The position numbers and the translations under genes are program-made. This document shows, one piece after another, positions 1 to 9,800 of a stretch of 64,000 nt of DNA. Each line of letters opens with the position of its first letter. Positions within the stretch are counted from its first letter, which is position 1. The notes beneath the pieces were generated by a model, which was not told the origin of the DNA, did not search any database, and was given only the letters and a program-made list of their open reading frames with translations. Origin of the DNA: a virus (Duplodnaviria; Caudoviricetes); the IMG/VR virus record IMGVR_UViG_2940244548_000002, positions 32,001 through 96,000 of that record, one strand, 5' to 3'.

Positions 1-212
1 GTGTCTGCATCTACTATAGCAATACGCTTGTAGTATTTCTCACAGGCAGCATCAAAACCACCACACCATTCTGTTTCTTTTTGGTACTGTTCTTTCACTT
101 TCTCAACAAAGGATGGGATAGCATCTTTATCCATCACAGGGGTAGTCATTCCGATACGGATCTGATCCTCCGTATCATGCTGTAAAACTCTTACTCTAAT
201 TAAATCGCTCAT
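1..212 (-). CDS. Hypothetical protein, partial (MSDLIRVRVLQHDTEDQ...), runs off the left edge
   Basis: Open frame read by hand downstream of 244..555; not in the ORF track. Confidence 0.6.
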   Translation of the reverse strand, partial: MSDLIRVRVLQHDTEDQIRIGMTTPVMDKDAIPSFVEKVKEQYQKETEWCGGFDAACEKYYKRIAIVDAD

Positions 213-243
213 AATCATAAATCTTTAGTGTTGCATTACTATT

Positions 244-555
244 TTAGTTGTTGGTATCGTCATTCATTTTATACTCTGGAAATCCCATTTCTCTATGAGC
301 AATACCTGTTATATCCACATACAAGCAATACTCATCTGCTTCAACGATAAACCAGCCGTTGTTAAATCGGATGTAGCCATCTTCGTAGATGGTTTGTATC
401 AATGTTCTATTATCGTCAAGGATAGCGGATGCAAGGTTATAAGGGTTCCTAATTGTTCCCTGATCACAATCATCAATCAAAGCCATTGCTTTTAGTGCAG
501 CGTTTGCTAATTTTCTATTAGTGTATCCCTCTACTATCTTATGCGTTGCTTCCAT
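244..555 (-). CDS. Phage hypothetical protein, first gene of leftward operon; homolog of 60887..61225
   Basis: Shared motifs ATHK..G.TNR..AN.ALKAM, GTIRNP, RTLIQTIYEDGY, DEYC.Y.D.TG. Confidence 0.8.
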   Translation of the reverse strand: MEATHKIVEGYTNRKLANAALKAMALIDDCDQGTIRNPYNLASAILDDNRTLIQTIYEDGYIRFNNGWFIVEADEYCLYVDITGIAHREMGFPEYKMNDDTNN

Positions 556-594
556 TTTCTATATATTTTGCTCGTTATAAAACTAATTACGATG

Positions 595-755
595 CAAATA
601 TAGGATATATATCCAAACAAACAAAGGAAAATGGATATAATTTGGATATATTTATAAAAATTCGGTGATTTTACGGCTTTTTTATATCCAGATTCAGGTA
701 AATAGACTGGATATATTTTACTGCAAATTATGATATATCTATTTTCTTGGATATA
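595..755. promoter_or_regulatory. Leftward TAnnTTTG promoter (595-602, minus) with an array of GGATATA repeats
   Basis: GGATATA or its complement at 603, 608, 633, 644, 683, 709, 749. Confidence 0.55.
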
Positions 756-835
756 ATTTGTTATACTTCATACAACAAATAAAACACACTCTTTTTGTAC
801 ACTTGGTAAATCTAAGCATCTGATCCTCTGTATTA

Positions 836-883
836 AAAAGTGTGTTTGTCAGACACATATATCAGAATTTATGCTTATTTTTG
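836..883 (+). promoter_or_regulatory. Late promoter of head operon: AAAAGTGTGTTTGTCAGACACAT box plus -7 element TATTTTTG
   Basis: 23-nt box is repeated exactly at 19423-19445; Bacteroidota -7 consensus at 876-883. Confidence 0.7.
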
Positions 884-909
884 TGCGAACTAATTTTTTA
901 TATAAAATC

Positions 910-1512
910 ATGAATAAGAAACTCTTTGTAAAAGTTAAAGACTTGTGTAAAGACACAGGTTTATCAGAGAAGTATCTCATAGCGATAACCGAAAAAATGG
1001 GTGGCAGCATTGAGGATGATTCGACTGATGAGGCAGCTATAGAGGAAGTGGCAAATCAGATAGTGGACATTGCGAAAGAATCGCAGGGAGAGGCTACCAG
1101 ATGGGCTAATAGCAAAAAGAAAGATGAAAAAGGATCCAAAGGCTCTAAGTCCGAAAAAGAAAAAGAAGAGGATGAGGAGGGTAAAGGAACCAAAGCATCT
1201 AAAGAGGATGCTGAAAATGAACGCTTAAAAGCTCTTGAAGAGGAGTTAGCTCTACTAAAGGGTGATAAAGCTAAGGAACAGCGTACAGCAGCTGTTAAAT
1301 CAGCTCAGGAAAAGCACAAAATTCCCGAATGGAGAATGAAAGGGCTTGTAGTTCCAGAGGATCAGGATCCCGATGAGTACCTGGCTGCTATTAAGCAGGA
1401 TCTCATCACTCAGAATCTTATGCCAGCTGATACGGAGGGCACAAAGGCAGCAAGTGAGCAGGCTCTGGATGAGGTGTCTGATAATTTGCTGGAATCAATC
1501 ACAGTTAAATAA
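910..1512 (+). CDS. Capsid scaffolding protein
   Basis: Acidic and charged, precedes head decoration and capsid genes; QGEATRWA shared with 61459..62070. Confidence 0.7.
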   Translation: MNKKLFVKVKDLCKDTGLSEKYLIAITEKMGGSIEDDSTDEAAIEEVANQIVDIAKESQGEATRWANSKKKDEKGSKGSKSEKEKEEDEEGKGTKASKEDAENERLKALEEELALLKGDKAKEQRTAAVKSAQEKHKIPEWRMKGLVVPEDQDPDEYLAAIKQDLITQNLMPADTEGTKAASEQALDEVSDNLLESITVK

Positions 1513-1520
1513 TTTAAGGA

Positions 1521-2159
1521 ATGAAAGCAAAAAGGTATTCATTTGGTGGGGAAAAGCCGATTTTCACAGGCTCTCCCTCTATTGTGCCTGGTGGTTTTAA
1601 TCTGGATGTAGAGGCTCAGAACTTTATTATAGGATCCGAGATTTCACCTGGTACACTTGCAATCTTTAATGAGCAAACCCGAAAGGTGAAAGTCATTAAG
1701 ACGGCAAAAGTGAAAAAGATAGAGAGTGATAGCAAAGTTATCTCTCTGGTTGCAAACGATACAGTAGAACCGTGTTTTGCTGTAGGTGATAGCATTCTGA
1801 AAGATGGTGCTATTTCTGGCTCTTTCGGGGATGCTCCAACGATTACTAAAGTGGAGAGAAAAAGTAACGGTGAGTACATCATTACTCTTTCTGCTGCTGT
1901 TTCGGGGCTGGCTGTTGATGATGCTATCGTTCAGGTAGTGGACAAAGAGGGAAATGCTGCTCTTATCGGTGATGCAAACTGTATCACATTTGACCGTACA
2001 GAGGTTAAAGAGGATGAGACAGGTATTGATGTGTGTGCTGATACAATGCAATATGCAATGTATGAAAGGAGGGTTAATCCTATCCCTGCCTCTCAGAAAG
2101 ATACCACTGGTAGCTATCTGAAAGCGAACCCACATATCAAACTTTCACAATCATTTTAA
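1521..2159 (+). CDS. Head decoration / capsid cement protein
   Basis: Between scaffold and MCP; homolog of 62079..62708 (FGG..P.FT..P..V.GGF.LD). Confidence 0.6.
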   Translation: MKAKRYSFGGEKPIFTGSPSIVPGGFNLDVEAQNFIIGSEISPGTLAIFNEQTRKVKVIKTAKVKKIESDSKVISLVANDTVEPCFAVGDSILKDGAISGSFGDAPTITKVERKSNGEYIITLSAAVSGLAVDDAIVQVVDKEGNAALIGDANCITFDRTEVKEDETGIDVCADTMQYAMYERRVNPIPASQKDTTGSYLKANPHIKLSQSF

Positions 2160-2176
2160 AAAAGGAGGTTTGACTT

Positions 2177-3421
2177 ATGAGATCAATTTATTCAACATTT
2201 ACAGGCTTGCACAACGTACAGGGTAAGCCTCTGGATTTTCTGGCAGCGTGGAAAAAAACATTCGACAAAGCCAGTGAGAGAGAAGTGATTTTGTTCCAAA
2301 AAATGTATTCGGATGAGTATCTGGATTACGAGGCTCCACAGCTTTCTTTGACAGCTGAGGGGTTGATGGGCAAATATCGTTTCAGAGTGATGGCTACAGT
2401 TTTGGCAAATGAATCTCCAACTCCTTTGCGTAGAACTGATGGCTTTGATATTTGGACTAAGGAGATACCACGTGTAGGACACAAGTTCTTTATGAAAGTT
2501 TCGACTTATCGTAAATTGCTGGAAACTTACAAATCTCCTTATTTGAAAGAGCCACAAAAGGTTAAGCAAATTGAGAAAACATTGAAAAACGATGTTCAAA
2601 ATGCTTACCTGGGATGTAAGGATTATGTGGATTACGTGATGCTGAACGCTCTCTCTAACTGGGGATTGTGTAGATTCAAACCCGACTTGAACAACCCTGG
2701 TGGACGTGAGTATGAGGTGGATTATCAGATGGATGATGCCAACAAACTTGTTTCTGCTCTCCTTTGGAACGCAGCTAACTCAAACGCTGGCAAACTGAAC
2801 ATCACTTTGCTTTTAACTCAGATCGTAACGCTTTTCAAAGCTAAAGGAGTTGAGTTCAAAGAGATGATGATGGCTCCTGAGTTAATCTCTTTCATTCGTA
2901 TGGATGAGGGAATCAGGACTGCAATCTATGGCAAAGATAAATCTGCCAAAATCGCTAAGCTCACAGATCTTAACGAATATCTTTCTGAGAACGGAATACC
3001 TCCTATCAAAGAGGTAAAACGCTTAGTAGCTATTGAGAAAGATGGTGAAGCAAGCCCTCAGGATCCGTGGAATCACAACATGATCGTATTTATTCCTCAA
3101 ACTGATAACGGCAAACTTGGTATTGTTCAGCCGTCTATCGAGGATAACGAACTCATGGAGGAGGAAAACGTGGACTACATGGATGCTGGAAACGGTATCC
3201 GTATCGCTAAATGGCGTACTGGAGATTCTACTGGACAACAAACAGGAGAATACACCCAGGGATCTGCTCGTTTATTGCCGATCATTACAGAGATCAATGC
3301 TGTAGTGATTCTGCAAGTTCGTGGGTTCGAGGAAAAAATCGAAATCACAGAGAAAGCCGATGAGGTTATGTTTAACACTCTCTCTGATTACACCGCTGCT
3401 ACTGGTGTTTTGGAGGGCTAA
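2177..3421 (+). CDS. Major capsid protein (phage capsid E-like)
   Basis: EIPR.GHKF, DY.M, PWN...IVF motifs; synteny; homolog of 62726..63868. Confidence 0.85.
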   Translation: MRSIYSTFTGLHNVQGKPLDFLAAWKKTFDKASEREVILFQKMYSDEYLDYEAPQLSLTAEGLMGKYRFRVMATVLANESPTPLRRTDGFDIWTKEIPRVGHKFFMKVSTYRKLLETYKSPYLKEPQKVKQIEKTLKNDVQNAYLGCKDYVDYVMLNALSNWGLCRFKPDLNNPGGREYEVDYQMDDANKLVSALLWNAANSNAGKLNITLLLTQIVTLFKAKGVEFKEMMMAPELISFIRMDEGIRTAIYGKDKSAKIAKLTDLNEYLSENGIPPIKEVKRLVAIEKDGEASPQDPWNHNMIVFIPQTDNGKLGIVQPSIEDNELMEEENVDYMDAGNGIRIAKWRTGDSTGQQTGEYTQGSARLLPIITEINAVVILQVRGFEEKIEITEKADEVMFNTLSDYTAATGVLEG

Positions 3422-3433
3422 AAATATCTGATT

Positions 3434-3775
3434 ATGGAATTAAAAGTATTGAAGCCCTTTAGAGACAAAGAGGATGCAAAGAAAATCTATAAGGTTGGTG
3501 AAACAATCGAAATGGATAACCTGGAGAGGATCAATGATCTTGTAGTTCGGGGTATCTGCATCATCACAGCTGTGGAAACAAAGGAAAATTCTGGATCCTC
3601 TGATAAAATCGTATTCCTGGAAAAGGAGTTTGAGGTAAAAGAGGTAAAAGAGGCTTTGGTAGCTATCGGTATAACCGTGGCAGCTAACGCTGGTGCAAAC
3701 TCTATCAATAAGAAAATTTCTGAATTGACTGAGGAGCAAACAAAAGCGATTACCGAAATCCTTTGTAAAGAGTAA
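3434..3775 (+). CDS. Small virion/packaging accessory protein
   Basis: KVLKPFRDK...YKVGE N-terminus typical of post-capsid genes. Confidence 0.5.
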   Translation: MELKVLKPFRDKEDAKKIYKVGETIEMDNLERINDLVVRGICIITAVETKENSGSSDKIVFLEKEFEVKEVKEALVAIGITVAANAGANSINKKISELTEEQTKAITEILCKE

Positions 3776-3780
3776 GGCTC

Positions 3781-4116
3781 ATGGGTAACTTAACGAAATA
3801 TGAGGCATTGCTGGGGGAATTGGAACCATATACCCCCAGTGCCCTTACCCTGAAAAAAGCCCTGGCAGATACTGGTATTTCAGATCTTAACGATGAGTAT
3901 GTAGCTAACAGTGATAAAAGATCTATTGCTTTAGCTGCTATAAGTGTACTCAAAAAAATGATCGTCCTTACCAGTGATAGCCTTGGTAAATCATCTCAGG
4001 GTTATAGTGTAGCTCAACTGGAGAAACGTATTAAGGATCTCTGTGCTGAGAACGGCTTGGATGCTTCGGAGTTTGTTGAAGTACCCTCTATTACGGACGG
4101 TTCAAACTTATGGTAA
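3781..4116 (+). CDS. Head-tail adaptor
   Basis: Size, synteny, C-terminal P.ITDGSNLW. Confidence 0.6.
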   Translation: MGNLTKYEALLGELEPYTPSALTLKKALADTGISDLNDEYVANSDKRSIALAAISVLKKMIVLTSDSLGKSSQGYSVAQLEKRIKDLCAENGLDASEFVEVPSITDGSNLW

Positions 4117-4117
4117 A

Positions 4118-4456
4118 ATGGGCAGGAATAACGGCACTTTCAGGTATAAGATAGTTCGGGAAGCTCAGAGAGATCAGGCTACAGGGTTTTACTCTCAGCC
4201 TGATAACTCTGGATCCGATGAGTGGCTACCTGGCTGTGAGTGCCAGATCGAAAAGTACATACCAGCAAAACAACGTATTGGTGTTGATGGACAGGTACAG
4301 ACTTACAATTACACGGTATTTATCCCTAAATACTTTAATGGTACGCTGGATCTGACTGCAATAATACAAATCATTGGTGAAGATGGGAGTATTGACGAAT
4401 TTCCTATTCAAGGTGTAGATAATTTCAACAGAAAGTATATCGAAGTATGGGGATAG
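4118..4456 (+). CDS. Head closure / stopper protein
   Basis: Synteny; ATG at 4118 directly after the previous stop. Confidence 0.55.
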   Translation: MGRNNGTFRYKIVREAQRDQATGFYSQPDNSGSDEWLPGCECQIEKYIPAKQRIGVDGQVQTYNYTVFIPKYFNGTLDLTAIIQIIGEDGSIDEFPIQGVDNFNRKYIEVWG

Positions 4457-4917
4457 AATACACATCTGGTAAAGGTAAAATCAGTTCAGCTGTTATGGCA
4501 TTCCAGAAACGGCTTGAAACGGCTACTGTTTATTTGCTTAAATACTTAGGTGAAAGCCTGGTAAAGTACGCAAAAGAGCAGCACAATTATACCGACCAGT
4601 CAGGTAATCTAACTAACTCTATGGGCTATGTGATAGTGCAAAATTCAACACCTATACACTTTGGTGGATTAAACCAGCCTGGAGAGGGGGCTGATGCAGG
4701 GTTAAAGGTTGCTATGAAATTAGCAGCTGAAACTCCAAGCTCATTCTCACTCATCATTGTGGCAGGGATGAATTATGCTGCTTATGTAGAAGCAAAGGGG
4801 TACAATGTTATACTGCCAGCTGAATTAAAAGCAAAGGCTGAATTTCCAGCAGCTATGAGTAAACTGGCTACAAAAGCTAAGGCAAAAGCAAATGAATTAT
4901 TTGGTGATATTATATGA
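4447..4917 (+). CDS. HK97 gp10-like tail completion protein
   Basis: YTDQSGNL..S.GY and AGMNYAAYVE.KG motifs. Confidence 0.75.
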   Translation: MGIEYTSGKGKISSAVMAFQKRLETATVYLLKYLGESLVKYAKEQHNYTDQSGNLTNSMGYVIVQNSTPIHFGGLNQPGEGADAGLKVAMKLAAETPSSFSLIIVAGMNYAAYVEAKGYNVILPAELKAKAEFPAAMSKLATKAKAKANELFGDII

Positions 4918-5333
4918 TAACAACTGAGGAAATATCTGTTAGAGTTTACCAGCTACTCCAGGGGAGTGAGGTTAAGAGTATGATTTCTGGCTCTATCGAC
5001 TATGAGAGATCCGATTATTCAAAAGAGGATGTTATTATAGTTCCCCACGCTATTACTGGAGAGGATTCAGTTCGTTTCGGAGAGATCAAAATAAATATTC
5101 ATGTGCCTGATCTTATGAAAAAAGCCAAGCCGAACCCTGTATATAAAATCAACTTTCCACGGCTTATAGAGATACGTGCAAAGGTTATTGAGGTTCTAAA
5201 AAGCCATTATGAGCTGGGTAAAGGATATAACTGGACTATCGGTCTGTTACATCCACCCATAAAAGAACCTGATCACAATGAGCACTTTGTTTCTTTTGCT
5301 CTGGAGATAACAGTAAGAAGTAAAAAAGTTTAA
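4914..5333 (+). CDS. Tail terminator protein
   Basis: Synteny before major tail; INIHVPD motif. Confidence 0.6.
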   Translation: MITTEEISVRVYQLLQGSEVKSMISGSIDYERSDYSKEDVIIVPHAITGEDSVRFGEIKINIHVPDLMKKAKPNPVYKINFPRLIEIRAKVIEVLKSHYELGKGYNWTIGLLHPPIKEPDHNEHFVSFALEITVRSKKV

Positions 5334-5350
5334 TCAATAAAATTTAAGTT

Positions 5351-5860
5351 ATGCCTGTATTATCAACAATGGGATTAAAAAAGATCTGGATCACTCCATC
5401 TACTGGCAGTGAAACAATGCCTGCGAATGGTGCAGCATGGACAGATCTCGGAGACGTGTACAAGGATACTTGTACGCTGAAAGATTCTGATGGTACTGAA
5501 ACCAAACACGAATCGGAAACCTCCAGCAAGAAAATAGTAATGTATGAACCTGGTGAAACCTCTGTAGAGCTTACATTGATGGATCCAGATCTGGAATTGC
5601 TTGTAAAGTATTTTGGTGGAGAGATCCAGGGAACTGGGAAAAAAAGAACCTGGAAACGTCCAAGGGTACTCCCTTACAGCGAGTGGGCTGTTTGGCAGCA
5701 ACCTGAGGAGGGATTCCTGGTAGGATGTCCGAACGCTCGGATCATTCCTAAGTTTGAGATCACGTATTCTGCAAAAGGTATCTGTTTGGTTCCTATGACC
5801 ATCAAATACCAAGCTGAGACACATTTCAACGAGGAAAACAAAGCTCCTACAACTGCTTAA
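5351..5860 (+). CDS. Major tail tube protein
   Basis: Synteny, beta-rich, followed by terminator and chaperone. Confidence 0.75.
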   Translation: MPVLSTMGLKKIWITPSTGSETMPANGAAWTDLGDVYKDTCTLKDSDGTETKHESETSSKKIVMYEPGETSVELTLMDPDLELLVKYFGGEIQGTGKKRTWKRPRVLPYSEWAVWQQPEEGFLVGCPNARIIPKFEITYSAKGICLVPMTIKYQAETHFNEENKAPTTA

Positions 5861-5879
5861 AATTCCCAGGAGTAACATG

Positions 5880-5915
5880 GGAAGCCTCCTGCCTTCCGCT
5901 GGGGGCTTTCTTTTT
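5880..5915 (+). terminator. Rho-independent terminator after tail tube gene
   Basis: GGAAGCCTCC / GGGGGCTTTC stem followed by T run. Confidence 0.7.
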
Positions 5916-5928
5916 AATATTACGAAAT

Positions 5929-6579
5929 ATGATAGATGAGGAAAAGAAAGAATTAACAAAAGAGGAACGCCTGGAGATTGAGGAACAGGCTATTCAGGCT
6001 CTTTTGCAAATGGGAGCTAAGTTCTCGGTACCATTAAAAATAGAACCACGCAAAGCTCCTAAAAGAGTGCTTATGTGGAATAAGTTATTCCCTGGTAAAG
6101 CAATAAACTGGAGGGATAAACGAATACCTAAAAAATGGGATGTGGAGACTATTTCTATACCTGATGTAGATTTTGGTGCTATCAAAGAGACTATAGTACG
6201 GAATTTCCACATCAAACCTCTTTACTTAGGTACCATAGATACGCTCAGAAAGCTGTATCTGGAAATTGAATACAATGAGGAGGCTATACAAGAGCAGCCA
6301 TTAGCCGAAAGCAAGGAGCTGTTTAAATATATTCCTGTGATGGCTGAGATAGCAGCTATAGCTATAATCAATAATGGGGAGATTGCTAATCCTCTGAGTA
6401 AAGAGACAAAGGAACTGAAAGAGTTTTTCATTAAGCACTTGACTGTTGGCAGACTGCAGAAACTGGCTGGTGTGATAAATCAAATGATGAACCCAGGGGG
6501 TTTTACGACCTCTATTCGATTGATAAGGGAAGTGGGAGCGACCAAACCCAGAGCAGATCGGATAGAGTTACAGGACTAA
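5929..6579 (+). CDS. Tail assembly chaperone (gpG-like)
   Basis: Between tail tube and tape measure; contains slippery site. Confidence 0.75.
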   Translation: MIDEEKKELTKEERLEIEEQAIQALLQMGAKFSVPLKIEPRKAPKRVLMWNKLFPGKAINWRDKRIPKKWDVETISIPDVDFGAIKETIVRNFHIKPLYLGTIDTLRKLYLEIEYNEEAIQEQPLAESKELFKYIPVMAEIAAIAIINNGEIANPLSKETKELKEFFIKHLTVGRLQKLAGVINQMMNPGGFTTSIRLIREVGATKPRADRIELQD

Positions 6580-6815
6580 ATAGTCCGTGGGGTAGTCGTG
6601 GAGCTATACTCAAAGAGTATGGGTGGACTTATGACTATTTGCTCTGGGGAATTTCCTGGCTCAACGTGCAAATAATGATACAAGATGCTGCCAGGATAAA
6701 AGATGATCCGAAAGAGGGAGATGAGGATGATGGAGGAGCTGGATCTGGTGAAGTAATACACCAGGAATTAAAAACAAAAGAAGATATTAAAAATCACCTT
6801 AAAGGACTGATGTAA
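6498..6815 (+). CDS. -1 frameshift extension of tail chaperone (gpGT-like)
   Basis: G GGT TTT at 6498-6504; the -1 frame is open (YDLYSIDKG...GLNSPWG...YGWTYDYLLWGISW) to TAA 6813-6815, overlapping the TMP ATG. Confidence 0.8.
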   Translation, partial: GFYDLYSIDKGSGSDQTQSRSDRVTGLNSPWGSRGAILKEYGWTYDYLLWGISWLNVQIMIQDAARIKDDPKEGDEDDGGAGSGEVIHQELKTKEDIKNHLKGLM

Positions 6816-9800
6816 TGAGTGAATTTATAGATGGTGCTTTAGCATTTCGTGCAACTTTAGATATAGATGATTTCGATGTTTCAGCGGAATCAATGGAGAG
6901 GCATATCCAAAGGGTTTCTACTACAGCCGTACAAGAAGCCGAAAAGATGGATAACGCTTTCTCCAAAGCTGCTGCTGCCTTTATCGGGATTGTTGGAGTG
7001 AATCAGGCAGCTGGGTTTGTGAAAAACATGATCCAGGTTCGCTCTGAGATGCAGAACGTAGAAGCATCATTCAAAGTGTTTTTAGGATCAGCTGAAAAAG
7101 CTGAGGCTTTCTTTGATAGGCTGAATAGATATGCTTATAACAATGTGTTTGAGTTTGCCGATCTTTCAAAATCTGCTGCTCAGTTGCTTGCATTTAGAAC
7201 GGATGTAGAGGATGTTATACCAACCATTAACAAGCTATCAGAGATAGCAGCAGGTACCAATGTTCCGCTGAGTGAAATGGTTAGTCTGTTCAACAAAGCC
7301 AAAGCAAACGATAAGCTGTTATCTGTTGATATTCAGATGTGGGAAAGCCGTGGTGTTCCTTTGGTTTATGAGATGGCTAATGCCATGAATAAAGGAGAGG
7401 ATGAGATCCGTGCTATGGTATCGGCTGGTAAGATCGGTTTTAAAGAACTCAACGATGTTATAGATAAGGTAACTACCAATGGAGGTATGTTTGCTGGCAT
7501 GATGGTTGAAAAAATGAAAACTTTGGGAGATAGTATCGGATTGCTCCAGGATAATATCACCAATATGTTTAATTCACTCGGTGAAGCTAACCACGGAATC
7601 CTAAAAGCAGGTATAGATTCAGCATCATACTTAGTTGAACACTATGAGGAAGTAGGGCGTATTCTCGGATCACTTGTTACTGCCTATGGTACATACAAAG
7701 CTGCTGTTATTGCTACATCTTTGGCGACAAAGGGCAATACAGGAGTATCAATAATAGATAATACCGTTAAATCGGTTAAGCTGACACTCCTAAAAATGGA
7801 GGAAACAGCGACTGGTAAAACAGCTGCTCAGATAGCAGCCATGACAAAAGCAGAGGTAGCTCACACAGCAGCTCTGGAGGCTAAACTTACAGCTGAGGAA
7901 AAGAGCAACCTGGTAAAGTCTATCAGGATAGCAACGATACAGGGTTTGCTTACTGCACAACAGCAGGAATATCTCTCTAATTTAGGGATCACCACCAGCT
8001 CGCAGAATTATGAGGCTGTAGCTATGAGCGTTCTTTCTGTTGAGCAAAGAATGGCTCTCTCAAAGATAGATCTCTCCTCCAAAAGCTCTATTTATCGTGC
8101 TGCTCTCGAAAGTGAGGTAGCAGCTAAAACAAGAGGCACAGCTGCCACTCTGGAGGCAATGAGAACTGATGTTAGGGCTGCTGCTGTTCGGGTTGAATCC
8201 GCTAAACAGACAGCCATAGCAACGATGCAAGCTACAGAGGCAGCTCGTTATGAGGTTTACTGGGCTAAACAATCGGGTGATGCTACCAGGATTGCAACAG
8301 CTGAAAAGAAGTTTGAGGCAGCTGTAGAAAATCAATCCTTAGCCAGGAAAGCTGCTCTCTCCTCTCAGACTGATTTTTACACCAAAAAGAAACAGCTGGA
8401 GGCAGCAGCCACAAAACAGGCTACAGTGGCAGGTATAGCCGATACCACAAGTAAAGGAGCACAAAGTGCAGCAACATCTTTACTCACCACTATCACAACC
8501 AAATGTACAGCAGCTCTCAAAACGCTATGGGCTTCAATGATGACAAACCCGATAGGTTGGATTATCGGTATTGTGGGAGCTTTGGTAAGCGTATTCACCC
8601 TGTTTAAAAACAAGCAGGATGAAACTAATGATGCAATGGGAGAGTTCCAGGAAACAACCAAAAAGGAGATTGATAACCTCAATTTGCTTATGGCTGTACT
8701 TCGTAATACAGAGAAAGGAACAAATGCACACAAACAAGCCTTAGATAAAGTAAATGCAATATTAAAGGAGTACAATAAAGAGCTTATCACCGAATCCACC
8801 ACTGTAGAGGGATTGAAAGATAAATATGATGAGCTTACCGAATCCATTAATGCCAGTGCTGCTGCCAGAGTAAAAGCCAAATACATTGAAAAGATCCAGC
8901 AAGAGCAAACCGAAACTCAGGAGGATGCAAAAAAGGATCTCAGAAAAAGTGGCAATAAACTGAAAACCTATGTAGATAATCCTTATGGAGAATACGGATA
9001 CTGGGAAAGTGTACAATCTATCAGGAAAATGAATGAGGCGGTTTATGATCAGATTGAGATCATGGCTATAGAATCTGCCAATAAGCTCAAAAACCTTACA
9101 GGTGATGCTTATACTCAGGGGTTCAATAAGTCGCTACAAAATATCTCCAATTCTGTTAAAGCTGCATCTGGAGCCAGTGATAAGGATATGCAAGTATTCT
9201 CTACACATTTGCGAAAATACCTATCGGCTATTGTCGAATCAGAGAAAGATGTTGAGAGCAAAACAAATGATCTCATTGCATCTATGGAGGCTTTTGCAAA
9301 CGCTGGAGGATCTGAGCCAGAGATAACAAAAACGGTTGATTATGCTGTTATGTCGTTCTCTGAACTTGATAAACTTGTAAAGGAGACACAGACAGAGATA
9401 GACGAGATCAACGCTAAAGAGATAAAAATTGATACCGACAATACTCGTTTAACTGAGTTGCTTGGAATATTATCCCAGGTGAAACAGACCATTGACGGCA
9501 AAGAGGATAATCTGAATACTGAGGCTGGTATATCAGCTCGTATCAAACAACTCAAAGAGGAGCGTGAAAATGTTGAGATCAATGGGAAAAAGTACAACGA
9601 ACTTACCCAAAAGATCAATTCTCTACAAAGCAGGATCCCCGATAACTCTAAAAATGCTGGTGAGAATGCCATAAAGAAACAGGAACAGCTCGCAGATAAA
9701 CAGCTCCAGGCTGATTTTAGGCTGGAACAGGCTCGTATTGAGATAATGGAGGAGGGATATGCTAAGAGAAAAGCCCAGCTGGATCTACAGCATAGAATGA

